Below, one piece after another: positions 53,437 through 62,866 of a stretch of DNA of 64,000 nucleotides; position 1 is the first letter of the stretch; each line of letters starts with the position of its first letter. The notes under the pieces are model-generated. The model saw only the letters and a program-made list of their open reading frames with translations. It was not told where the DNA came from and made no database searches. This DNA is from a virus (Duplodnaviria; Caudoviricetes): positions 9,814 to 73,813 of IMG/VR virus record IMGVR_UViG_3300044506_000032; one strand, given 5' to 3'. The position numbers and the translations under genes are program-made.

Positions 53437-53937
53437 GTGTCCACTCCCCCACTACCGCTGCTGCCGAACGACGAGATCGTCGGGGTCGCGTGGCTGGGCT
53501 CGATCCCGGGCCTGTCGCCGGCAATGGTGGGCACCCAGCTGCCGCCGGACGTCGATCCGAACGGGTCGGTCGCATCCTGGATCGCCACCGGGTTCGTCAC
53601 GGTGTCGGTGGTCGGCGGCACGCCAGACGCCATGCTGCCTATCGACCGCCCGGTGTTGCAGGTGGATTGCTGGGCGACGGTGCCCGGCTCCAATAAGCCG
53701 CCCTGGAACAAGGCCGCCGCGCTCGCGAGCGCGATCCGGTACGCGACGTGGGACCGGGTCCGGATCCCGCGGCCGCTCGTGGCCTCGGTCAACGGCGCCG
53801 AGTACCCGCTCGCCGTGGTGCAGTCCGCCTACCTGGCCACCTCGTTCCGCCGCGTGTACGACGACCAAGGCGACTACGCCCGACTCCAGGGCGACTTGGC
53901 CCTTTCCTGGATCGCCCCCGACGACCGCTTCAGCTGA
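53437..53937 (+). CDS. Tail terminator protein
   Basis: Synteny; GFVTV..GG, QVDCWA, KPPWNKA. Confidence 0.7.
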   Translation: MSTPPLPLLPNDEIVGVAWLGSIPGLSPAMVGTQLPPDVDPNGSVASWIATGFVTVSVVGGTPDAMLPIDRPVLQVDCWATVPGSNKPPWNKAAALASAIRYATWDRVRIPRPLVASVNGAEYPLAVVQSAYLATSFRRVYDDQGDYARLQGDLALSWIAPDDRFS

Positions 53938-53947
53938 GGAGCCACCC

Positions 53948-54157
53948 ATGTCTGTCAGGCCTGGCTACGTCACCGTGCAGGTGAGCATCCGCCCAGACCC
54001 GATCGAGGTGCCGATCGACGAGGTCGAGGTGCTGCGCTCGCAGGGCCTGCTCGTCACCACACCTCCGCCCCCGCCGGCTGAGCCCGCCCCCGAGCCGCTG
54101 GCCGCCGGGGCAGAACCCGCCCCCGTCACAACTTTCACCAGGAAGGCACGATCCTGA
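53948..54157 (+). CDS. Small Pro-rich protein
   Basis: GAGGAG RBS. Confidence 0.55.
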   Translation: MSVRPGYVTVQVSIRPDPIEVPIDEVEVLRSQGLLVTTPPPPPAEPAPEPLAAGAEPAPVTTFTRKARS

Positions 54158-54516
54158 TGACCCTGCTCACGCTCACCCCGACGCAGCTGCCGCGCACCTC
54201 CTCGGCCCCGCTCAACCTCACCACGCTGGTCGCGGCGGGCACGCTCGGTTCGAACACCGGCGTGACCTGGGCCAACACGGGCAGGGAGTTTCTGGCCGTC
54301 ACCGTCGCTTCCGGGGGTTCGACCTGCTCGGTGGCGATCGGCACGACCATCGAGGGCCAGGCCGTCTCCCCGATCTCGCTGACTCTGACCTCGTCGGCCA
54401 CCAATCTCATCGGTCCGTTTGCGACTGACGAAACGCTCGCCGGAGCGATGACTGTCAGCTTCGGTACTCCCGCGAACGTCACCGTGGCGCTCGTGCAGTA
54501 CGTCGGCGTCATCTGA
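54157..54516 (+). CDS. Beta-rich virion protein, paralogue of 51146-51604
   Basis: LTLTPTQL..IGPFATD. Confidence 0.6.
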   Translation: MTLLTLTPTQLPRTSSAPLNLTTLVAAGTLGSNTGVTWANTGREFLAVTVASGGSTCSVAIGTTIEGQAVSPISLTLTSSATNLIGPFATDETLAGAMTVSFGTPANVTVALVQYVGVI

Positions 54517-54594
54517 CCCAGCTCAACCCCGGGGCCCGCAACCGCAGGCCCTTTCGCATGCCCGCGCCCAGCCAGTGGCGCCCGCCCCAAGGGG

Positions 54595-55194
54595 ATGATT
54601 CCCATCGCGATCACGCCCGCCAATTTGGTACTCGGGCCGGCGCGCCTCTATGTCGCGCCGTTCGGCAGCACTGAACCCGCCGACTCCTCCGTCACCCCCA
54701 ACGGCCCGACCACGCCGCCCGGTTCTCCCTGGACCGACGTGGGCGGCACCGACGGTGGCGTGACGCTGGAGGTCGACAACACCTACACGGATCTTCAGGT
54801 GGACCAGCTGACCATGATGGTCGGCGCGCGCCTGACCGAAATGAAGATGACGGTCACCGCCAAGCTCTCCGAGATGACGCTGGCCAACCTGCAGACCGCG
54901 CTCAACAACATCGGCACCCTCGGCGGCGGCACGGGCTACAGCACCCTGGACATCCCGGTCGGTTCGACGTCGACGCAGCCGGCGTACGCGGCTTTGATCA
55001 TCGATGGTTGGGCGCCGACCCTCAACAGCGGCAACCCGGCGCTGCGACGGATCATCGTCCGCAAGGTTCTCAGCGAGGTCAAGGCCACCCTGACCTACGA
55101 CAAGAAGACCCAGCAGGGGTTGAGCTGCACCTTCACGGCCTACTTCGTGAGCAACAGCATCGCTCCGATACACCTGGTCGACCAAACGGCCTGA
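54595..55194 (+). CDS. Major tail tube protein
   Basis: NLVLGPARLYVAPFG, WTDVGGTDGGV, VDQ, LSEMTLANL. Confidence 0.85.
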   Translation: MIPIAITPANLVLGPARLYVAPFGSTEPADSSVTPNGPTTPPGSPWTDVGGTDGGVTLEVDNTYTDLQVDQLTMMVGARLTEMKMTVTAKLSEMTLANLQTALNNIGTLGGGTGYSTLDIPVGSTSTQPAYAALIIDGWAPTLNSGNPALRRIIVRKVLSEVKATLTYDKKTQQGLSCTFTAYFVSNSIAPIHLVDQTA

Positions 55195-55242
55195 TCAGAG
55201 CCCTGATCGCACTACCCACCCTCACCCTCAGGAAGGCAGCGA

Positions 55243-55620
55243 ATGGCTGCGAAGAAGACCGCCGCGAAGCGCCCCGCGCTTCCCGCGGCCCCGACGGCGA
55301 GCGGCTCGGACCTCGGGTTCGAGCCGCCCCGCCTCACCACCAGCGACCAGCCGGCCGACCGGGTGGTGCTGTTCTACATCGACGACCGCCCGTACAGCAT
55401 CGAGCTCAAGCCGGGCGTCAACGTCGGCCTGAAGTACCTGCACCTCGTCCGTACCGTCGGCGAGAACCAGGCGATGGGCTACCTGCTGGAGAAGCTCCTC
55501 GGCGCCGAGGGCTACGAGGCCCTCATGAACTACGACGACCTCACGCCGGAGCAGTTCGAGAAGGTGTGTGACGTCGCGTCGAAGCTCACCTTGGGTGCGC
55601 TGGAGCCCCCAAAAGCCTGA
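55243..55620 (+). CDS. Tail assembly chaperone (short form)
   Basis: Between tail tube and tape measure genes; ends at a slippery site. Confidence 0.8.
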   Translation: MAAKKTAAKRPALPAAPTASGSDLGFEPPRLTTSDQPADRVVLFYIDDRPYSIELKPGVNVGLKYLHLVRTVGENQAMGYLLEKLLGAEGYEALMNYDDLTPEQFEKVCDVASKLTLGALEPPKA

Positions 55621-55961
55621 TCGAGCGAGCCGGGCAGCTGCTGTGGATCCTCGATCACGTCGATGACATCGCGTCGGACCTGTCGGTGTTCCACCGGATC
55701 GACGATCCGAGCGAGTTGGACGGGCCGACGTACTTCCGCCTGGCGTGGCGGCTCGCGGCCTACCAGGGCGTGATGCAGGCCCGCGCGAACGCGGCCCGCG
55801 AGGAGCAACAGCCTCCATCAGAGCGGCCGTTCGAGTACTCGGCGCCAGCCGCCGGGCGATCCGGCATCAACCCGGGGACGCAAGTCACGCTGCAGGCCGA
55901 GCCGGCGTTTCGCGGAATCTTTTCCTTTGGCACTCCATCCGATCTCACAGAAGCGCCCTAA
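55608..55961 (+). CDS. Tail assembly chaperone -1 frameshift extension
   Basis: Slippery heptamer C CCA AAA (55608-14); -1 frame open to TAA 55961 (LSVFHRIDD..FRLAWRL.AY.G). Confidence 0.8.
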   Translation, partial: PKSLIERAGQLLWILDHVDDIASDLSVFHRIDDPSELDGPTYFRLAWRLAAYQGVMQARANAAREEQQPPSERPFEYSAPAAGRSGINPGTQVTLQAEPAFRGIFSFGTPSDLTEAP

Positions 55962-55987
55962 CCAGGCGTGACGGGGGTGATGTGAGG

Positions 55988-58900
55988 ATGCCGGAAGGCT
56001 TCCGATAGCGCATTGCAACGGCTTTCGTTTCCGTGTCGCCGGACATGGAGGGGTTCAAGGAAGAACTCCAGAGCAAGCTCGACGAGGCTACCGCCGGCGT
56101 TGAGGGCCGTGCCCGCGTCACGCTCGACACGTCCGAGCTGGATGCCAAGGCTGACGAGGCCCGCGCCAAGGTCGACGAACTCGATGGCACGATCGCCGAG
56201 CCGTCGATCCGGCTGGACGACGAGGGGCTAAGTGCGCGTGCTGACGAGGCACGAGCGAAGATCGACGAGCTGGACGGCAAGAGCGCCCGCCCCGACATTG
56301 GCCTCGAATCGTCCGAGATGGACGAGCAGGTCGACCGGGCCCGGGAGAAGCTCGACGAACTGAGCAGCAAGAGGGTCGAGCCCCGCCTCTCGTTGAGCAC
56401 GGCCGAGTTCGACGCCAAGCTCGACGAGGCCAAGGCCAAGTTGGATGCGTTCCGGGCCGAGTCCGCAGCGGCACGGCTCGGCGCTTCCGGCGGCGGTGGC
56501 GGGGGTGGTGGCGAGGGTGGCGGCAGCTTTCTCGGCGGCCTGGCCGGTAAGGCCGGCTTCGCTGGCCTCCTGACTGCGGGTATCAGCGCGCTGCTGCCTT
56601 CGGTCGGCCCGGCCGCGGCTCTGCTGGGTGGCGGGGCACTGACTGGTTTCCTCGGCCTCGGTGGGGTCGGCAAGGCGCTGACGGACGCGCACCAGGCGTC
56701 GCAGAACAACGGGTTGACGCCACAGCAGCAGGCCCTGACGGCGTTCAGCAACAGCGTGCAGGTCCGGCAGGGCCAGGATCAGGTCTCGCAGGCTAGGTCG
56801 CAGGCGGCGCAGGATGCGATCACGAGCGCCCAAAGCATCGAGCAGGCGCAGATGAACCTCGCCAGCGTCGAGCGCAATGCGGCCGCGCAGCAGGTCCAGG
56901 CCCTCGAGTCCGTCAAGCAGGCGCAGCAGGGTGTAGAGGAAGCCGACTACAGCCTCAGCGAGGCGCAGTACAACCTGTCGCAGGCGTGGGAGCAGGCGCG
57001 GGAGAACCTGCGTCAGCTCGACGACCAGCTCGCCGACAACAAATTGAACGTGCAGGCCGCCCAGCTCGCGATCCAGCAGGCCGAGTACCAGCAGCGGTTG
57101 ACCAACCAAAACGCGTACAGCACGGACCTGGACAGGGAACAGGCCGCCCTTGCCGTTGCCCGCGCGAAGCAGCAGCTCACCGACGCGCAGGACCAGGAGA
57201 CCGACAGCACCTACGCCGCGAACCAGGCGCACCAGCAGGGCATTGAGGGCTCCCAGACGGTCATCCAGGCCAAGCAGGCCGTGACCGCCGCGACGTACCA
57301 GCAGTCGGATGCGCACGATCAGTACTCGCAGGCGCAGGCCAACGCGGCGTTGACGCAGGTCAACAATGCGCAGCAGATCCAGCAGGCGCAGATGCAGTTG
57401 GCGGCGGCGCAGGAGCAGGCCGCCTACCAGCGGCAGCAGGACGCGCACAACATCGCGCAGGCCGAGCAGGGCCTCACTGACACGATCCGGGAGCAGCAGC
57501 TTCAGGCGGCCGCGACGGCGTCCACGGAGAATCAGGCGGCGAACCAGTTCCAGCAGGACATGGCGAAGCTGACGCCGTCGATGCAGCACGTCGTCGAGCA
57601 GATCCTCAACATGCGCGGGGCGTTCCAGCAGCTCCAGCACACTGCGGAGAACGCAATCGCGCCGGGGCTGTCAGCCTTCCTCGACGGACTGTCCAAGGCG
57701 ATGCCGACGATCACCGATGGCGTCCGGAAGATCGGCGACGGGATCTCGCATGCGTTCGCGGACCTCGGCAAGGCGCTGGGGAGCAAAAGCGGTCAGGATG
57801 TCCTGTCGGGGCTGATCGACAACGGGGTCAAGCTCGCGTCGATCGTCGTCCCGGCACTCGGCGGAGTCGTCGGCGCCGTGCTCAAGCTCGGCTCACAGAA
57901 AGACGCGGTTGACGGCCTGGCCGGCGCTTTCAGCAGCATCGCCGACGGTGTCACGGGCCTTGTGAGCGGCCTCTCTCCGTACGTGGGTGCGATCAACGGG
58001 GTGCTGCAGCCACTCGGCCAGGCGCTCGGGGCACTCGGGCCGGTGTTGGGACCGGTGATCGGCAGCATCGCGAAGGCACTCGGCCCGGTCTTGCAGGCCT
58101 TGTTGCCGCCGTTTGAGCGGCTGCTCACCGCGCTCGGCCAGGCGCTGGTGCCGATCATCAACGCGCTCGGGCCGCTCCTCGTGCCGATCGCGCAGGCTTT
58201 CGGTGCGATCGCGGATGCAGTGTCGCCGCTGCTTCCTGTGATCGGCGGACTGATCGCTTCGCTCGCGAAGGCGCTGACGCCGATCCTTCAGGCGATGGTT
58301 CCGATCATCAAGCAGGTCGCGGACATCCTCGCGCAGGCGTTGGAGAACGGCTTGATGCAGGTGTTCAATGCCCTGATGCCGTTGCTCCCGCAGTTGGGCA
58401 CCGCGCTGCTGCCGATCATGCAGGCCCTGGTGCCGATCATCAGCCAGCTGGCCGGGCTGATGGAAAAAGACCTGCAGAACAGTCTGACGCAGGTGCTGAC
58501 TGTGCTTCTGCCGGTCATTCCGGCGGCCGCGAAGCTGGTCGTGTCGCTGATGCCGCTGATCAGCCTGGTGTTGACGCTCGCCGGCTGGTTTATGGATCTG
58601 GTCGCCAAAATCAACGGCCCCGTGTTGCAAGCGGTGGCGTGGCTGATCACGGCGATCCTGAATCTCGCGTCGCACTGGCAGGACGTCGTCAACTGGATCG
58701 AAACCGCTGGGCTGTGGTTGTGGCACAACGTTCTCGACCCGATGTGGCAGGGCATCAAGGGCGGCGCGGACTGGGTCTACCAGCAGGGGATCCTGCCGCT
58801 GTGGCACGGCATCAACGATGTGTTCGGGTGGATCGGGGGTGCGGTCGACTGGGTGTGGCATCACGTTTTTGATCCGATGTGGGACGGGATCAAGACCGGG

Positions 58901-60136
58901 GCGGATCACTTCATCGACGGGTTCAAGACCTCGTGGAATACCATCCAGGATATTTTCAAGAATCCGGTGAATTTCCTGATCGGAACGGTGTACGACAAGG
59001 GCATCGTGAAGATGTGGAACACCATCGTCGATGCCATCGGTCAGAGTTCCCTTGACTTGCCGATCGTGCCGATGTTCGCCTCCGGCGGTGTCGTGCCGGG
59101 GTATGCGCCCGGTCAGGACACGGTGCCGGCGATGCTGTCGCCGGGTGAGGGTGTGCTGGTGCCGGAGGCTGTTGCCGCGCTCGGGCCGGGAACGATCCTT
59201 GCGCTCAACGCCGCCTACGGTGGCGGCCGGGTCTCAACTCCCGGCCACTACAAGGGTGGCGGGATCATTGACTGGGTCACGAGCACGGCCAAGGGCGGCT
59301 GGGACGACATCTCCGGCTTCTTCGACAAGGGCATGGACCTTGCCAAGGTCACCGCGGCGATCGCCACCGGTAACACGACGGCCCTGAGCAATGCGCTGGG
59401 CAAGTTGGTCGGCACCAACGCGTCCGGCAACTTCGCCAAGATGATGCTCGGCGTGCCGACCAGCCTGATCCACAACATGGTGCAGGCCGTCGGGAACCTG
59501 TTCAGCGGCGGTTCGGGTGGCGGCTCCAGCAGCGCCGCCGGCTCGGTCACCGGGTCGGTTGCGCAGTGGTTCGCGGATGCCGTCGCCGCGACTGGGGCAC
59601 CGGCCAGCTGGATTCCCGACTTGGAGACCATCGGGCACTACGAGTCCGGTGACGATCCAAGGTCGATCAACCTGTGGGACTCAAACGCTGCGGCCGGTGA
59701 CCCCAGCCGGGGCATCATGCAGACGATCATGTCCACCTTCCTGGCCTATCACCAGGCCGGGACGAGCTCCGACATCTTCGACCCGGTGGCGAACATCGCC
59801 TCCGCGATCAACTACATCCGGTCCCGGTACGGGGACATCTCCAACGTGCCCGGCATCCGGTCCCTGGCCCGCGGTGGCTCCTATGTCGGCTACGACTCGG
59901 GTGGCTGGTTGATGCCCGGCAACGTGCCGGTCAACGGGCTGGCGCGGCCTGAGGCGGTGCTGACGCCGGATCAGTCCCAGTGGCTCCAGCAGATGGCTCA
60001 GGCTGGCACCCAGCAGGGTGGTGCCGGCAGTCGGGAGGTGACCGTGGTGCAGAACTTCAACGGTGTCGCGTTCCCCAACGCCGAACAGAAGGCGGCCATG
60101 CATCGCGAACTCGCCCTCGCGCTCAGCGGAGCCTGA
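55988..60136 (+). CDS. Tape measure protein with C-terminal lytic transglycosylase; in-frame TAG at codon 7
   Basis: GGGGGTGA RBS then ATG 55988; TAG 56006-08; open from 56009 to 60136; FASGG..DTVPAMLSPGE; SLT motifs ES, GIMQ, FDPVANIASAINYI..RYG. Confidence 0.9.
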
Positions 60137-60146
60137 GAGGGGTCGG

Positions 60147-60776
60147 TCAGGCTGGCGCCTTGGTGATGTGCGTGACTCCCACCCAGAGCTGTTGGAGCTG
60201 GGTGGGAGTCAGCGAGGCGTTCGGGTCGACGTTGACCTTGAAGGAGATCGACTTGCCGGGCTGGATCACCGGTGTGCGGGCCTGCGTGTCGGGTCCGCCG
60301 GTCGGCCCGGTCTCGGAGCCGATGGCCTGTGTGACGTCGAAGTCGTAGGTGAGCGGCGTCGAGCACGGGTTGCTGAACTCGAAGGTCGTGATCAGGACGT
60401 TGACGTCCATCTCGGCGTCGAGCAGTTGTGCCTCGTTGCCGGAGTCGTCGGCCGGGATCGCGCAGCTGTCGCTACTGGTCTTGGCGATGCTGACGTCGTC
60501 GAGCGCTGGGGCGCCCGCAGCCGGCTTGTAGGGCAGCTGTGCGGCGGGGATGGCGACGGTGAGCTGGCCGGTTGCGCTGCTGCTTGGTGTCGGCGTGGCC
60601 GAGCTCGGGGCTGGTGTCGGGCTCGGCGTGGCTGCCGGCGCCGAGGTCGGGCTCGACGGCGCTGACGCGGTCGGCGAGGAGCTCGGGCTGGTCGGCGGCT
60701 TCGCAGCCTGTGTGGCGGTGCTGGCGCATGCGGTGGTGAGTAGGACGGCGGTGATCGCCATGGTGAGGCGGCGCAT
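60147..60776 (-). CDS. Secreted lipoprotein (moron)
   Basis: MRR, hydrophobic helix, LLTTAC lipobox, Ser/Pro/Thr linker, beta domain; GGGGGAG RBS. Confidence 0.75.
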   Translation of the reverse strand: MRRLTMAITAVLLTTACASTATQAAKPPTSPSSSPTASAPSSPTSAPAATPSPTPAPSSATPTPSSSATGQLTVAIPAAQLPYKPAAGAPALDDVSIAKTSSDSCAIPADDSGNEAQLLDAEMDVNVLITTFEFSNPCSTPLTYDFDVTQAIGSETGPTGGPDTQARTPVIQPGKSISFKVNVDPNASLTPTQLQQLWVGVTHITKAPA

Positions 60777-60865
60777 GGGTCTCCCCCTGTCTGGGCTGCG
60801 GTCAGTGTGGCAGAGGTGTGGCGCACGGGAGTTGGCAGTTACCGGGCCGTGACAGAGGTGGTGGG

Positions 60866-61765
60866 ATGAGCGACACCGGGTTCTGGACCGGCGGACTGGT
60901 CTATGGCGGCTTGGACATCGAGTTCGGGCAGGTCGACAGCTCGGGCGTCACCTGGCTGTGGCGGAAGATCGACGGGTGGGACAGCCCAGACGTACAGGGC
61001 GCCGGCGTCATCCCGAGATCGGGAGACCACGGCGCCTGGGCATCGCCGGCCTACTTTGCGGCGCGCACCATCACCCTGACCGTCACCGCGTCGGCCCCGA
61101 CGCAGGCCCTGCGGGACCAGGCGCGGGCCACTTTGCAGCAGGCCGTCCCCGTGTCAGACCTGGCCTACTTGCGGTACGACGAGCCGGTGCCGAAGTACGC
61201 GTGGGTGCGACGCTCTGGCAGGCTCACGGAGGCGTACCCGTCGCTCACCGACGTGACCTTCACGGTTGGTCTGGTTGCGCCTGACCCGCGCAAATACGCG
61301 ACGGTGCAGCGGTCGTTGGGGATCAGCCTGCTGCCGTCCGGTGGCGGCGGTGGCATGGTCGTGCCGTTCCACGTGCCGTTCACTCTCGCGACGAGCTCGC
61401 CGCCGGGTGGTGGCCTGGCGGTCAACGGGGGATCGTTCGTGTCGCCTCCGGTGATCGTCATCACCGGGCCGGCGACCAGCCCGGCCGTCACCAACCTGAC
61501 GACCAACCAAACCGTGTCCTGGTCGTCGCTCACGCTCAACACCGGTGACCAGCTCGTCGTGGATTTCCTGAACAGGCAGTCCTACATCAACCCGACGACG
61601 GTCTCCACCAGCCCAGGCTTCCCGTCCGTCGGCGGGACCTACTGGCCGGCCGACCTCACATCCGCTTGGTGGCAACTCGCCCCCGGCAACAACACGCTGC
61701 AGTACGGCGGCACCATCGGGTCCGGCTCGACTGCTACGTGCTTCTGGCATGACAGCTACGTTTAG
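60866..61765 (+). CDS. Distal tail protein (Dit)
   Basis: After the tape measure gene; W..IDGWDSP..R...HGAW..ARTITL..F.V.LVAPDP. Confidence 0.8.
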   Translation: MSDTGFWTGGLVYGGLDIEFGQVDSSGVTWLWRKIDGWDSPDVQGAGVIPRSGDHGAWASPAYFAARTITLTVTASAPTQALRDQARATLQQAVPVSDLAYLRYDEPVPKYAWVRRSGRLTEAYPSLTDVTFTVGLVAPDPRKYATVQRSLGISLLPSGGGGGMVVPFHVPFTLATSSPPGGGLAVNGGSFVSPPVIVITGPATSPAVTNLTTNQTVSWSSLTLNTGDQLVVDFLNRQSYINPTTVSTSPGFPSVGGTYWPADLTSAWWQLAPGNNTLQYGGTIGSGSTATCFWHDSYV

Positions 61766-61774
61766 GAGGGCCGC

Positions 61775-62866
61775 ATGGCTACGTCTGTGACCACGAGCCT
61801 GCCGATGTGGTTGACGGGGTGCACGTATGACGGCTCGAGCGGCAACGACCTGCGCAACTCCGGTATCACCTCGTTCTTCTTCGACCCGGGAATCACGACC
61901 AGCGGAACGATCGGACTGCGAAGCGGCGTGGTCGGCGGCGCCGGCCTCTTCGTGAGCCCCGGCAGCGGCATGCAGGTGCTGGTCCAACCCGGCAGCTTCG
62001 TCGTCGCCAACTCGTCGAGCGCGACGGCGGGCGGCTACGCGTCCACCCTCCCCTCGCAGGCAACGCTCTCGGTGGCTGCGGCCGACCCGACCAACGGGCG
62101 CATCGACATCATCGTCGCGTACGTCAACGACCTCGGTAGCTCGTCTTCCTCCGGTGCGGTGGCGATCATCACCGGCACCGCGGCGCCTTCCCCGTCGGCT
62201 CCGTCGGCACCGGCGAACTCGATCACCCTGGCGCAGCTGTCAGTGCCGAACGGCACCTCGACCATCACGTCGGGCCTGATCACCGACAAGCGGCAGTTCA
62301 CGACCACGGCGGGCGGGATCCTCGTCGCCCCCAAGGGTTCTGTCTCGGGGTACATGGGTCAGGCGGCCTACGACCCGGCGTCGGGCAGCTTCTATCACAA
62401 CAACAACATCAGCTCGGCGACCCAGATGAAGGTTTTGCCGTGGGCGCCGCAGATGACGAAGCTGACATCGTCGTTCCTGATCAGTGACAGCTCCGAGCAC
62501 ACCATCATGAGCACGACGATCACCACGGACGGCTACACCGACATCCAGTGCTTCTTCAAGGCCCCCGGCGTCTCCTCGACGACGCTGCACGCTTCGACGA
62601 CCATCCGAGCCTTCTACCGCCTGTACATCGACGGCACGTTGCTGGACTCCATGTACGCCGCGGAGGCGCAGGCTGACACGTGGCTGCAGGCGGGCGTGTC
62701 CTGGACCTACTACACCTCGGCGGCGACTGGTGACACGCCGTCGGCTGGTACGCACAGCATTTCGGTCACGTGCACGAACACGATGTCGAGCATCCCGTTC
62801 AACGTCTTCGCCACCACGGTCACCGCGGCGTCTCTGATCCTGCGGGTCGCGCCCGTGTCGATGTAG
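61775..62866 (+). CDS. Minor tail protein
   Basis: GMQVLVQPG, ADPTNGRIDIIVA.V.D, LAQLSVP..ITDKR. Confidence 0.75.
   Translation: MATSVTTSLPMWLTGCTYDGSSGNDLRNSGITSFFFDPGITTSGTIGLRSGVVGGAGLFVSPGSGMQVLVQPGSFVVANSSSATAGGYASTLPSQATLSVAAADPTNGRIDIIVAYVNDLGSSSSSGAVAIITGTAAPSPSAPSAPANSITLAQLSVPNGTSTITSGLITDKRQFTTTAGGILVAPKGSVSGYMGQAAYDPASGSFYHNNNISSATQMKVLPWAPQMTKLTSSFLISDSSEHTIMSTTITTDGYTDIQCFFKAPGVSSTTLHASTTIRAFYRLYIDGTLLDSMYAAEAQADTWLQAGVSWTYYTSAATGDTPSAGTHSISVTCTNTMSSIPFNVFATTVTAASLILRVAPVSM

Noticed and set aside
56100-56460. 30-aa repeats at the tape measure N-terminus as a separate element
   Set aside because: Ordinary helical repeats of tape measure proteins
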